NCBI GenBank assembly: GCA_009785595.1
Contig: WQVZ01000001.1
Location: forward strand, 149 to 64,148
DNA: 64,000 nucleotides
Direction of reading: 5' to 3'
From: Defluviitaleaceae bacterium
GTDB lineage: Bacteria > Bacillota > Clostridia > Lachnospirales > WRAX01
The notes under the pieces are model-generated. The model did no database searches and was not told where the DNA came from. It saw only the letters and a list, made by a program, of their open reading frames with translations. Made by a program: the position numbers and the translations under genes. This document shows, in pieces, positions 8,899 through 18,077 of this stretch. How positions within the stretch are numbered: the first letter of the stretch is position 1; each line of letters starts with the position of its first letter.

Positions 8899-9669
8899 TC
8901 ATAGTTTCCGTGCCTTAAAACAAACCGACAGCGGCAGCATCCTGGCCTTTTTGGACATATAGTTGTCGTCATCCAACGCCTTCATTGTTTCGTCATCGGT
9001 TTGCTCCACCATTTGCTCCATCACAAAGCCCGCCTTGGCCAGGGCATTGATATATGTGGATATTTTGCGGTTGCATAGCAATACTTCCGTACCATCAATG
9101 GGCAATTTAAACCAGCTTTCGTCAAAATAACTTTTGCCAAAAGCCATCACGTCGTTTTCTATCACAATTTTCCGTTCCTCACACGACCATGCCGCACAAT
9201 AATTAAGCGTATGGTGCCAGCTAAATATAAACACACCGTCTTTTTTCAGATAGGACACTATTTTGTTAAAGGTGCCTTGCAGGTCTGTTGTCCAGCCAAT
9301 GCCGTATATGGAATATACATAGTCAAAATAATCGGTGGGTATGTCTGCATCCGCTTCCATGGGCGCGCATATAAATTTTGCCGTGTGGCCATGTTCTTGC
9401 AGATATGCCCGGGCTAATTCTATCTGACTATTGGAAATATCCAACCCCCATAATTCCCCGGCACCTCTATCAGCGTGATATTTTAGCGAATGGCCGCTGC
9501 CGCAGCAAATCTCCAACAATTTTTTGTCGAAAACATCGCCAAACAAGCCCAGGTCATCTTCTGTTGGGAATTTCATGCCGTATATTGGTAATGCTGTCCT
9601 TCTGTCAAGCCAAGCATCTGCATGGGTATCCCAATATGTCTTGTTTGTTTTTAATATATTTTTGTCCAC
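8899..9669 (-). CDS. class I SAM-dependent methyltransferase
   Basis: 256 aa with a GTG start. SAM-binding motif I LLEICCGSGHS. Confidence 0.8.
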   Translation of the reverse strand: MDKNILKTNKTYWDTHADAWLDRRTALPIYGMKFPTEDDLGLFGDVFDKKLLEICCGSGHSLKYHADRGAGELWGLDISNSQIELARAYLQEHGHTAKFICAPMEADADIPTDYFDYVYSIYGIGWTTDLQGTFNKIVSYLKKDGVFIFSWHHTLNYCAAWSCEERKIVIENDVMAFGKSYFDESWFKLPIDGTEVLLCNRKISTYINALAKAGFVMEQMVEQTDDETMKALDDDNYMSKKARMLPLSVCFKARKL

Positions 9670-9675
9670 AAATTA

Positions 9676-10674
9676 TCACCGCTTTTTCTTATCCGTACCC
9701 ATAAATTCCACATACCTGCCGGTGCCAAGCGCCACACAGCTTGCGGCAGACTCCGCAATAACGGCATCAATGCCGATTGTATGCTTAATCAGCTTATCCA
9801 GTCCGTAAAGTAGGGCGCTACCACCGGTCATCACCAAACCTCTGTCGGCAATGTCGCTGGCCAGCTCCGGCGGGGTTTTTTCCAGCACAGAATGTATTGT
9901 CTCCATAATGGCCGCCACAGGTTCTTTAAGGGCTTCCAACATATCGTCAGAACTTACGCTTATGGTGCGGGGCAGGCCCGTCACCAGGTTGCGCCCTCTT
10001 ATCTCCATGCGGGCGTCCCCTTGACGTTTAAATGCCGCCCCCACGTTTATTTTCAGTTCCTCAGCCGTGCGCTCACCTATAAGCAAATTATGCCGCTTGC
10101 GCATAAATCTTATAATAGCTTCGTCAAAATCATCACCGGCTGTTTTGATGGAAGCATTAACAACACAGCCTCCCAGAGATATTACGGCCACATCCGTGGT
10201 GCCACCGCCCATGTCTACTATCATAGAACCTCTGGGTCTTGAAATATCAATGCCGGCACCTATAGCGGCAGCTATGGTTTCTTCGATGATGAAAACCTGC
10301 CGCGCGCCGGCAGATTTTGCGGCATCTTCCACGGCCCGCTTTTCAACTTCCGTCACGCTGGTAGGCACACAAACAGAAACCCGCGGCTTGCGCATTGTGC
10401 CTATGCGCCTGCTGGCTTTTTTAATGAAATATTTAAGCATTTGCTCGGTAATTTCGTAATCAGAAATAACCCCATGCCTCAACGGCCGCACGGCCACTAT
10501 ATTACCCGGTGTGCGCCCCAGCATTTTGCGGGCATCATGCCCCACGGCAATAATGCTGCTGTTGGTTTTGTCCACAGCAACAACAGACGGCTCTTCCAGC
10601 ACAATGCCCTTGCCTTTTATATACACCAGTGTATTGGCTGTACCCAGGTCAATGCCCATATCTTCAGAAAACAT
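9676..10674 (-). CDS. mreB: rod shape-determining protein MreB/Mbl
   Basis: 332 aa. GIDLGTANTLVY... actin-like ATPase signature. AGGAG lies upstream. Confidence 0.93.
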   Translation of the reverse strand: MFSEDMGIDLGTANTLVYIKGKGIVLEEPSVVAVDKTNSSIIAVGHDARKMLGRTPGNIVAVRPLRHGVISDYEITEQMLKYFIKKASRRIGTMRKPRVSVCVPTSVTEVEKRAVEDAAKSAGARQVFIIEETIAAAIGAGIDISRPRGSMIVDMGGGTTDVAVISLGGCVVNASIKTAGDDFDEAIIRFMRKRHNLLIGERTAEELKINVGAAFKRQGDARMEIRGRNLVTGLPRTISVSSDDMLEALKEPVAAIMETIHSVLEKTPPELASDIADRGLVMTGGSALLYGLDKLIKHTIGIDAVIAESAASCVALGTGRYVEFMGTDKKKR

Positions 10675-10772
10675 GCAAAATTCTCCTTATGCGGGACGTT
10701 TATACCTCAATTATACAGTATGTCGGAAAAAAATGAAAGATGTTTTTTGCAACGGCGTTCCGGCCTTCGTCG

Positions 10773-10791
10773 GGGCGACCTGTGGTTGCCC
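10773..10791 (-). repeat. REP-like hairpin, diverged copy
   Basis: GGGCGACC tgt GGTTGCCC: an 8-bp stem with one G:T pair and a 3-nt loop. On the minus strand it begins 3 nt after the aroA stop. Confidence 0.55.
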
Positions 10792-10794
10792 GGT

Positions 10795-12027
10795 TTATCC
10801 CAGTCCCTCCAACACCCCAAAAAACCCCGGAAAACTAACACCAACACAGCCCGCATCTTGTATAACACTATGACCCCGGGCCATCAACGCCGCCACAGCC
10901 AGCGCCATGGCCACCCTATGGTCTTTATGGCTATCAACAGCCGCGCCGTACAAGGGATGCCCCCCATGTATAATCATACCATCCTGTCTGGCCTCTATCT
11001 TAGCTCCCATCTTGCCTAGTTCTCCCGTCATGGCCGCTATGCGGTTGCTTTCCTTTACGGCTAATTCTCCCGCATCTTGTATGATGGTCGCGCCTTCGGC
11101 AAAAAGTGCCGCCACCGCAAAAATCGGCACTTCGTCAATCATACGTGGAACAACATCCCCCGCTACAACCACGCCTTTAAGCACCGATTTTTTCACAAAA
11201 ATATCTCCAACTTCCTCGCCGCACACCACCCTGTGGTTTTTTACCTCAATATGTGCCCCCATACGCCCCAAAGCATCCAAAAGCCCTGTGCGCGTGGGGT
11301 TTACACCCACATTTTCTATGGTCAATCCATCCTCTGCCATCAACACCCCGGCCACAATAAAAAACGCCGCCGAAGAAAAATCACCAGGCACAATAATCTC
11401 CCGCCCTTGCAGATTTCTCCCGCCCATATATTCCATCATAATCTCCGTATGGTTGCGGGTCAGGCCGTATCCCGGCTCCTCTATCCTGGTCTCGCCCTTG
11501 GCATACAGTCCCGCCAGCATTATAGCCGACTTCACCTGGGCACTGTTTATAGGCATTTTGTAATGTATGCCCTGCAATTGTACCCCCGTAATACGTATGG
11601 GCGCAAAATTTCCCTCAATTTTCGCCCCCATTTGCGTCAGGGGCATAACAACCCTGTCCATAGGCCGCCGGCGTATGGACTCGTCCCCATCCAGCACAGA
11701 ATCAAACCGCTGCCCCGCTAACAATCCTGTCAGCAACCTAAGGGTGGTGCCGGAATTCCCCACATCCAGCACACCCTGTGGCGGTCTCATGCTTCGCAAT
11801 CCACGGCCCGTTATACGGGCCGTATTACCATGTATATTAACATCCACACCTAGTTGCCCCAGACAACGGGCGGTGGCCAAACAATCTTCCCCGGGCAAAA
11901 ATCCGGCAATATTCGTCTCGCCCCAGGCAATTGCACCCAAAATAAGTGCCCTATGGGATATAGACTTATCCCCCGGCACCCTGATGCGCCCACCTATGGT
12001 CTTTTTCGGTAAAATTTTCACATTCAT
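10795..12027 (-). CDS. aroA: 3-phosphoshikimate 1-carboxyvinyltransferase (EPSP synthase)
   Basis: ORF-track 10795..12120 trimmed to MNVKILPKK... at 12027, the usual distance before the conserved PGDKSISHRALILGA. There is no SD, and a TGcTATAAT box ends 6 nt upstream (see the promoter feature). Confidence 0.92.
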   Translation of the reverse strand: MNVKILPKKTIGGRIRVPGDKSISHRALILGAIAWGETNIAGFLPGEDCLATARCLGQLGVDVNIHGNTARITGRGLRSMRPPQGVLDVGNSGTTLRLLTGLLAGQRFDSVLDGDESIRRRPMDRVVMPLTQMGAKIEGNFAPIRITGVQLQGIHYKMPINSAQVKSAIMLAGLYAKGETRIEEPGYGLTRNHTEIMMEYMGGRNLQGREIIVPGDFSSAAFFIVAGVLMAEDGLTIENVGVNPTRTGLLDALGRMGAHIEVKNHRVVCGEEVGDIFVKKSVLKGVVVAGDVVPRMIDEVPIFAVAALFAEGATIIQDAGELAVKESNRIAAMTGELGKMGAKIEARQDGMIIHGGHPLYGAAVDSHKDHRVAMALAVAALMARGHSVIQDAGCVGVSFPGFFGVLEGLG

Positions 12028-12033
12028 AGATAT

Positions 12034-12062
12034 ATTATAGCACCGGCGCAGAAAAAACTCAA
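12034..12062 (-). promoter_or_regulatory. promoter of aroA (probable leaderless mRNA)
   Basis: The minus strand reads TTGAGT (12062-12057), a 17-nt spacer, then TGcTATAAT (-10 at 12039-12034). The ATG begins 7 nt after the -10 box. Confidence 0.5.
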
Positions 12063-12071
12063 TAAAGCTCT

Positions 12072-12099
12072 TTGCAAAGCTGACAAAGTGTGCTAAAAT
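12072..12099 (+). promoter_or_regulatory. candidate promoter of the EF-G paralog
   Basis: TTGCAA (12072-12077), 16-nt spacer, TGcTAAAAT (-10 at 12094-12099). It is divergent from the aroA promoter. Confidence 0.45.
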
Positions 12100-12142
12100 A
12101 TAAAGTAATGTATACAACACAAGAATTTTAGGAGGTAGAACG

Positions 12143-14209
12143 ATGAAGGCTTATGCACCGGATGCCATTAGAAACGTAGCAATTTTGGGCCACACAGGGG
12201 CCGGAAAAACCACAATTGCCGAAGCCGCACTCAACATCTGCGGCATTACCAGCCGTTTTGGCAAGGTAGACGAAGGCAACACCGTAAGCGACTACGACCC
12301 CGAGGAAATTAAAAGAAAAATTTCTATAAGCGCATCGCTCATTCCTATAGAATGGAAAAGCAGCAAAATCAACTTTATAGACACACCGGGCTTTTTTGAT
12401 TTTGCCGGCGAAGTGCGTCAGGCTCTTGCCGTGGCAGATTTAGCACTTATCGTTATCAATGCCAAAAGCGGCATAGAAGTTGGCACAGAAAAAGCGTGGG
12501 ATTATGCCACCGAAGCCGGCCTGCCAAAAATGATATTCATTAACAACATGGATGACGAAAACGTAGACTTTGACGCCCTTATCACCTCCCTCAACGAAAA
12601 ATTCGGCAAAAGCATCGCCCCAATACAGGCCCCCATCAAAGAAGGTGGCAAATTTGTGGGTTATGCCAATGCTCTTAAACGCGAAGGCCGCAAATACGGC
12701 GCTAAAGGCGTGGAGGCTTGCCCTATCCCTGCTGACCTTAATGACGAAGTAGAGCATCTCCACGACATGATAAAAGAAGCCGTGGCAGAAACCGACGAAA
12801 ACCTGATGGAAAAATTCTTTGACGGCGAAGATTTTACCGTGGAAGAAATGCAAAACGGCCTTAAAGCCGGCCTGGTGGATGCTTCTGTTACCCCTGTTGT
12901 TGTTGGTGCTGCCCTGCACTCCATGGGCGTTGGTGTTTTGATGGATTATTTGGTGGACCTTTGCCCATCCGCTTCCGTACACAAACCCTTGCCCGCCAAA
13001 GATGCCAAAACCGAAGAAGCCGCGCAATTACCCTGTAAAGAAGACGGCCCATTTGTGGCATTTGTTTTTAAAACCATCGCCGACAGCTTTGGTCGCCAGT
13101 CCGTCTTCCGCGTAATCTCCGGCACCCTTAAAAAAGAAACCCCCCTTTACAATGCCAGCAAAGACAGCACAGAAAAAATAGCCCAGCTTTTTGTCCTGCG
13201 CGGCAAAGAACAAATTGCCGTAAACGAGCTTAAAGCCGGCGATATTGGCGCCATACCAAAGCTGGCCAACACCAGCACATCTGACACCCTATGCACCAAA
13301 GAAAAACCATATATCATCCAAGAAATCAACTTCCCGCAACCCCTGTACTCCATGGGCATCGTCCCTAAAAACAAAGGCGACGAGGATAAAATATCCCAAG
13401 GCATTGCAAAATTCCTTGAAGAAGACAAAACCATTAAATTCCAGGTAAACAGCGAAACCAAACAAAGCGTAATATCCGGCCTGGGCGACGGCCACCTGGA
13501 CGTGCTTGTAAACAAAATGAAAACCCGCAATAAAGTGGAAGTAGAGCTTACCCCGCTGGTTGTACCTTATCGCGAAATGATAAAAGGCAAATCTGACGTG
13601 CAAGGCCGCCACAAAAAGCAATCCGGCGGCTCCGGCCAGTTTGGTGACGTTAAAATGAAATTCGAGCCCTCCGGCGACCTCACCCAACCCTATGTTTTCG
13701 AGCAGCAAATCTTCGGCGGCTCCGTACCGCGCAACTTCTGGCCTGCCGTCGAAAAAGGTATTCGCGAAAGCTGCAAAACCGGCCCGCTGGCAGGATACCC
13801 CGTGGTTGGTCTTAAAGCCATACTTTACGATGGCTCTTACCATGCCGTAGACTCTAACGAGCTGTCCTTTAACCTGGCGGCCCAGCTGGCCTTTAAAGAT
13901 GGCTTTATGAAAGCAAAACCCGTTATTCTGGAACCCATCATGAAAGTAGAAATATATGTGCCTGACGAATACACCGGCGACATTATGGGCGACATCTCCA
14001 AACGTGGCGGCCGCGTGCTGGGTATGACCAAAACCGGTGCCAGACAACAAATATCCGCCCAGGTGCCACATTCTAAAATGACGTCATACTCCATTGACCT
14101 GCGCTCCATAACCCAGGGCCGCGGTGACTATACCATGGAATTTGACCAATACGAAGAGGCCCCCGCCGAAGAAGCCGCAAGAGTAATAGAAGCCCGCAAA
14201 AAAGAATAA
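12143..14209 (+). CDS. elongation factor G family GTPase (EF-G paralog, outside the str operon)
   Basis: 688 aa. G1 AILGHTGAGKTT and G3 DTPGFFDF, with EF-G domain order through the C-terminus. AGGAGG lies upstream. Confidence 0.9.
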   Translation: MKAYAPDAIRNVAILGHTGAGKTTIAEAALNICGITSRFGKVDEGNTVSDYDPEEIKRKISISASLIPIEWKSSKINFIDTPGFFDFAGEVRQALAVADLALIVINAKSGIEVGTEKAWDYATEAGLPKMIFINNMDDENVDFDALITSLNEKFGKSIAPIQAPIKEGGKFVGYANALKREGRKYGAKGVEACPIPADLNDEVEHLHDMIKEAVAETDENLMEKFFDGEDFTVEEMQNGLKAGLVDASVTPVVVGAALHSMGVGVLMDYLVDLCPSASVHKPLPAKDAKTEEAAQLPCKEDGPFVAFVFKTIADSFGRQSVFRVISGTLKKETPLYNASKDSTEKIAQLFVLRGKEQIAVNELKAGDIGAIPKLANTSTSDTLCTKEKPYIIQEINFPQPLYSMGIVPKNKGDEDKISQGIAKFLEEDKTIKFQVNSETKQSVISGLGDGHLDVLVNKMKTRNKVEVELTPLVVPYREMIKGKSDVQGRHKKQSGGSGQFGDVKMKFEPSGDLTQPYVFEQQIFGGSVPRNFWPAVEKGIRESCKTGPLAGYPVVGLKAILYDGSYHAVDSNELSFNLAAQLAFKDGFMKAKPVILEPIMKVEIYVPDEYTGDIMGDISKRGGRVLGMTKTGARQQISAQVPHSKMTSYSIDLRSITQGRGDYTMEFDQYEEAPAEEAARVIEARKKE

Positions 14210-14272
14210 TAAAAAACAACATTATCAGGCGGCCTATATGGGTCGCCTGTTTCATAAAAGGAGGAATCCCCC

Positions 14273-14593
14273 ATGGAATTACTATTAATCACCACCATCC
14301 CCATATTTTTACTGCTTGTGGCCATTGGCATAACCTTAATCCGCGGCAAAGGCGGCTGGCTGCTTGCCGGCTGGAACACCATGAGCCCAGAAAAGCGTGC
14401 AAAATACAACCAAAAGAGCCTTTTCCGCTTTGCAGGCTGCCTGATAATCCTCTCCGGCGTCTTTGTCGTCATAACAATGGTGGTGGCATATTTCGAAAAC
14501 CATACCGCAGCCATCGCATCAATCATAACCTTCATGGTGGTGCTTGTGGCCGGCGTTATATATGCCAATACCAGCAAGCGTTTTCGGGTGTAA
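14273..14593 (+). CDS. small membrane protein (DUF3784-like)
   Basis: 106 aa with three predicted TM segments. GWNTMSPEKRAKYN resembles the DUF3784 signature. AAGGAGG lies upstream. Confidence 0.6.
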   Translation: MELLLITTIPIFLLLVAIGITLIRGKGGWLLAGWNTMSPEKRAKYNQKSLFRFAGCLIILSGVFVVITMVVAYFENHTAAIASIITFMVVLVAGVIYANTSKRFRV

Positions 14594-14637
14594 CAACTGG
14601 CGCACAGTGTGCGGCCTTATATTCTTCATTGCACACA

Positions 14638-14667
14638 AAAAGCCGAGGCCACAAAGCCCCGGCTTTT
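14638..14667. terminator. bidirectional intrinsic terminator candidate
   Basis: AAAAGCCG ... CGGCTTTT: an 8-bp stem flanked by an A-run and a T-run, between convergent genes. Confidence 0.5.
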
Positions 14668-14683
14668 ATATGTTCAAAATATG

Positions 14684-15814
14684 CTACGACAGCGGATGTT
14701 CAGTAAATCTAAAAGCCAGATATGCGGTAAAAGGCACATCATCAGGAGCCTCGGAACCAGGCGCAGCCATAATGTGCACAAATTCGCCCACTTCTTCCGG
14801 GGTAAGCTGCACTGTAAAGCTGGCACCCGGAGCCACTGTGACCACTACAGGGTCTGGGCCATCGGCAAGCACAAAAAGATCGAGATAATAATCACTGGTG
14901 TTAACCAGGAAGATATTTAGGCGCGCGCCTTCAATTTCGCTAAACAGCATCACCATGGCATATAGTGCCTCAATGTCCATGGCAAAACGTTCTTCAAGAT
15001 TGTATTCGTCAATTTCAAAAGTCTCGATGAAGATAAGGTCAAGCGCGGTGCTAACAGCCGTAAGTGCGCCAAGCATCTCCACAATATCATCCATATGCTC
15101 CATCATCACTTCGGCCATAAACCCACCAATAAGCTCGCCCAGCAGCTCGAAACGCTCGTTGGTGTCCAGAGCCAGCAGTTCTTCCACGGTTCCTTCGCCA
15201 AAGAAGTAATCCATTTCGGCAAACAGGCTGTATTCAAATTCTTCACTTGCCAGATCGCTCATTATTTCTTCGACAAGCTCTTCAATGGTCAGACCGTCTT
15301 CAAGAGCAGCTTCCACAATAGACCCTATCAAAAGCTGCATAAACCAGCCGTCCATTATGTCCAACATAATTTCTTCGGTCAAAAGTTCTGTTATCTCAGC
15401 CATAACAGGTATTTCGGCCAAAATACCCAAAACGCGCTCCGCCGAAACAGCCGGAAGGCCATCAAGCTCCATGCCCATCTCTTCAAAAAGACCGGCAAAT
15501 AACTCCTGCACCCACTCCATTTGTTGGGCCATAGACATGTCTTCCAGGTCGGCTATCATTTCCGCAAGCTCTTCGTCAAGATCTTCCAGCAGCAAGGCTT
15601 CCAGCTCTTCCATGGTTTCCACGCCATGCATTTCCAATAACATTTGGTTCATGGCTTCTTCAAGCTCTGTTGCTCCATCGGCAAAACCCGCATCCATGGC
15701 CAAGGCAAAGCGTTCTTGAGGCGACACGCCGTCATAATCCACCGGCACGGACAAAGTCACCAAAGACCCCATTAAAAGAACCACCAGCAAAAATTGCAGC
15801 ATTCTGTCCATCAT
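14684..15814 (-). CDS. hypothetical secreted hyper-acidic, lysine-free protein
   Basis: ORF-track 14684..15865 trimmed to ATG 15814, with GGAGG 11 nt upstream. Signal-peptide-like MMDRMLQFLLVVLLMGSLVTLSVPV. By my count it has 84 D/E, 7 R and 0 K in 376 aa. No family recognised. Confidence 0.6.
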   Translation of the reverse strand: MMDRMLQFLLVVLLMGSLVTLSVPVDYDGVSPQERFALAMDAGFADGATELEEAMNQMLLEMHGVETMEELEALLLEDLDEELAEMIADLEDMSMAQQMEWVQELFAGLFEEMGMELDGLPAVSAERVLGILAEIPVMAEITELLTEEIMLDIMDGWFMQLLIGSIVEAALEDGLTIEELVEEIMSDLASEEFEYSLFAEMDYFFGEGTVEELLALDTNERFELLGELIGGFMAEVMMEHMDDIVEMLGALTAVSTALDLIFIETFEIDEYNLEERFAMDIEALYAMVMLFSEIEGARLNIFLVNTSDYYLDLFVLADGPDPVVVTVAPGASFTVQLTPEEVGEFVHIMAAPGSEAPDDVPFTAYLAFRFTEHPLS

Positions 15815-15873
15815 AATATGTATTACCTCCGATAAGTGTATTTGTTGCATTACACATAATATCACATGCGCAA

Positions 15874-15900
15874 CAAAAAAGCAAGCCCGGCGGGCCTGCT
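15874..15900 (-). terminator. intrinsic terminator after the yabE-like gene
   Basis: The minus strand reads AGCAGGCCC gcc GGGCTTGCT: a 9-bp stem with one mismatch and a 3-nt loop, followed by TTTTTT. Confidence 0.55.
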
Positions 15901-15922
15901 TTCGTTATCACAATGCAACATT

Positions 15923-16966
15923 TTAATCCAAAATCCAAACCCGTATATGCTGGCGGCCAAACTGCAAGGCCTCGGCCCGGGTGTCAAAAAACAGGTCAAT
16001 TTTGTTGCCGCGTATGGCACCACCCCTGTCACCGGCCACGGCAAAGCCATAACCTTCTATATACAGGCGGGTGTGAAAAGGTATCACATTGGTATCCACC
16101 GCCACAACACCCACCTGGGCCTGCATACCGCTGGCGGTTATGCCAAACCATGGGTCGCCGGGGCGGCGGCCGGTACATTCGAAGCTAAGGGTATATGCCG
16201 TGGCTTCCATTATAAGCGTACGGGCATAGCTAAACATCTCGCCGCAAGCAGATGTGGCGTGGTTTGGCGGTATGGCTGTGCCAACATGCATTATGGTGCT
16301 TACCGGCACCGCCAAAACCTCTTCGTGCACCTGGGTGCGGCTGCTTTCCCGGCCGCCAATATGCACTATTTCTGTTGTAATCAAATGTCTGCCCGGCGTG
16401 CCTTCGCGATAAAGCTCCGTCTCGCCCAAATATACCTGATCACTGTCTACATATTCCCGACCATACGGGGTTTCGTGTACATCCTGCACAGACATACGCC
16501 TTACAGACCTTACATCCACAATATCTCCCGCAGAAATCCGTCTGTGCCAACCTGCGCTGTCAAATACAAATTCCGATTCGGTATATCTGCTAAATTCATT
16601 AACAAACACAGATAAAATATTGCCTGGCCTGGCGCGGAAGGGTATAAGCTCTTCACTGCCATCTATCCGTACATAGGCGGGTATAGAGCGGGTAATGCGT
16701 ATGTTCATGCCCTGGGTTATCATATTATCAATGCTCGGGGTTATAATATCTCTGTCATACAGAGTGATACCCATGTTTTCCAAAAGCTCCGCAATGGTGT
16801 CCGCGGCGGTTGGCAGCGATATCACGCCATCTCCATCCCTTATTGTTACATCGTGCATTAGCCCTTCATTTGTTTCGCGGGTTGTACCCTCATACGCATT
16901 AACTGTGGTAATTAGCAGCGCAAGCACTATCACCAAACCAGCCATCGCATGATAAAATTTCTTCAT
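15923..16966 (-). CDS. yabE: YabE-like cell-wall protein (DUF348/G5/3D domains)
   Basis: 347 aa. N-terminal anchor and C-terminal 3D-domain pattern ATAYT...GITASG...VAVD...RLYIEGYG...GDRGGAIRGNKIDLF. Conserved metG-tatD-yabE synteny. Confidence 0.8.
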   Translation of the reverse strand: MKKFYHAMAGLVIVLALLITTVNAYEGTTRETNEGLMHDVTIRDGDGVISLPTAADTIAELLENMGITLYDRDIITPSIDNMITQGMNIRITRSIPAYVRIDGSEELIPFRARPGNILSVFVNEFSRYTESEFVFDSAGWHRRISAGDIVDVRSVRRMSVQDVHETPYGREYVDSDQVYLGETELYREGTPGRHLITTEIVHIGGRESSRTQVHEEVLAVPVSTIMHVGTAIPPNHATSACGEMFSYARTLIMEATAYTLSFECTGRRPGDPWFGITASGMQAQVGVVAVDTNVIPFHTRLYIEGYGFAVAGDRGGAIRGNKIDLFFDTRAEALQFGRQHIRVWILD

Positions 16967-17107
16967 TGATATAAGTCCTCCTTAAAAATTCACAGCCAAG
17001 ATGTGTCAACACACCCTGTTCAAATTTTTGTAACATTTGCCTTTAAATTATTGGCGTTATTTTCCGGTTTTAAACGCAGGGGCCACAAAACCCTTGCATT
17101 TGTGTTA

Positions 17108-17144
17108 AAAAAATAAAGAACATGCTGTTGATGGCATACTCTTT
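17108..17144 (-). terminator. intrinsic terminator downstream of tatD
   Basis: Minus-strand RNA reads AAAGAGUAUGC-caucaaca-GCAUGUUCUUU: 11 bp including two G:U pairs, followed by AUUUUUUU. Confidence 0.6.
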
Positions 17145-17234
17145 ATTAACAACTATTTCATATCTTAACACATTCGTAACAAAATGTCAACCCTTTTGGG
17201 CAAATCTGTTTTGTACATGGTAAAATGTGCATGA

Positions 17235-18008
17235 TTATAATATCCCGAACAGTTTTTTTGCATTGCTTTTGGTTGTGTGCGCCACATCGCGGCCGGAAGT
17301 TCCTACAATTTCACCAATTTTTTCCGCAATATGGCTCAAATTTTGTGAATTATTACGGTGGCCACGGTTGGGTTCCGGGGCAAGATATGGGCAATCTGTC
17401 TCAAGCACCAGGTGTTCCAGGGGTGTGTTTTCTACTACTTCGCGCAATTTTCCCGCGTTTTTATATGTTACCACGCCGCCAATGCCTATGTAAAAACCCA
17501 TGTCCACATATTTTTTGGCCATATCGGCCGTGCCCGAAAAACAATGCAACACTCCGCCCACCTTTTCGCCTATGCGTCCCTGGCACAGTATTTCATATAC
17601 ATCGTCATCCGCTTCGCGGCAATGCACCAACACCGGCAATCCAGCACTTTCGGCTACTTTTAGTTGCTCAACAAACCGCTTGCGTTGTACATCTTTGGGC
17701 GCATAATCGTAATGATAGTCCAGCCCAATCTCCCCAATGGCCACCACTTTGGGCTCTTTTGCCAGTTCTTCCAATATGGCCGCGTCCCCGTCTTTCATTT
17801 CATGGGCATTATGGGGATGAAAACCCACAGCAGCATATATATAGTTGTATTTTTTAGCTAGATCTATACAAGCTCGGCTGGCTTTTATGTTGATGCCAGC
17901 GTTAATTAAGCTGCTAATGCCAAACTCCGGCAAAGCCGTGCCAAGCAAGTAGTCTCTGTCTTGGTCGTACTGTTTAAAGTCATAATGACAATGGGTGTCA
18001 AAATACAC
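17235..18008 (-). CDS. tatD: TatD family metal-dependent hydrolase
   Basis: 257 aa with a GTG start and GGAGG upstream. YFDTHCHYDF N-terminal His motif and ...LVLETDCPYLAP. Confidence 0.92.
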   Translation of the reverse strand: MYFDTHCHYDFKQYDQDRDYLLGTALPEFGISSLINAGINIKASRACIDLAKKYNYIYAAVGFHPHNAHEMKDGDAAILEELAKEPKVVAIGEIGLDYHYDYAPKDVQRKRFVEQLKVAESAGLPVLVHCREADDDVYEILCQGRIGEKVGGVLHCFSGTADMAKKYVDMGFYIGIGGVVTYKNAGKLREVVENTPLEHLVLETDCPYLAPEPNRGHRNNSQNLSHIAEKIGEIVGTSGRDVAHTTKSNAKKLFGIL

Positions 18009-18051
18009 TAAATTACCTCCAAAAGCCTGTCTATATACAGGTTGTTAAGCC

Positions 18052-18075
18052 GAGCGGCAAAATACCACCCCTACA
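18052..18075 (-). repeat. REP-like hairpin, degenerate copy B4
   Basis: The plus strand reads GAGCGGCAAAATACCACCCCTACA, a 21/24 match to the 37717 and 46079 copies. All three differences are G-to-A. It lies between the metG stop and the tatD start. Confidence 0.65.
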
Positions 18076-18077
18076 AT

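Noticed and set aside
16967-17234. A possible c-di-AMP (ydaO-type) or other riboswitch in the 268-nt region upstream of the yabE-like cell-wall gene, and a TTGACA-17-TAAGAT promoter at 17161-17189(-).
   Set aside because: There is no match to the ydaO conserved segments that I can recognise. The promoter-like sequence sits immediately upstream of a strong terminator hairpin (17108-17144), which is more simply the tatD terminator. The remaining ~140-nt leader has no structure I can support.
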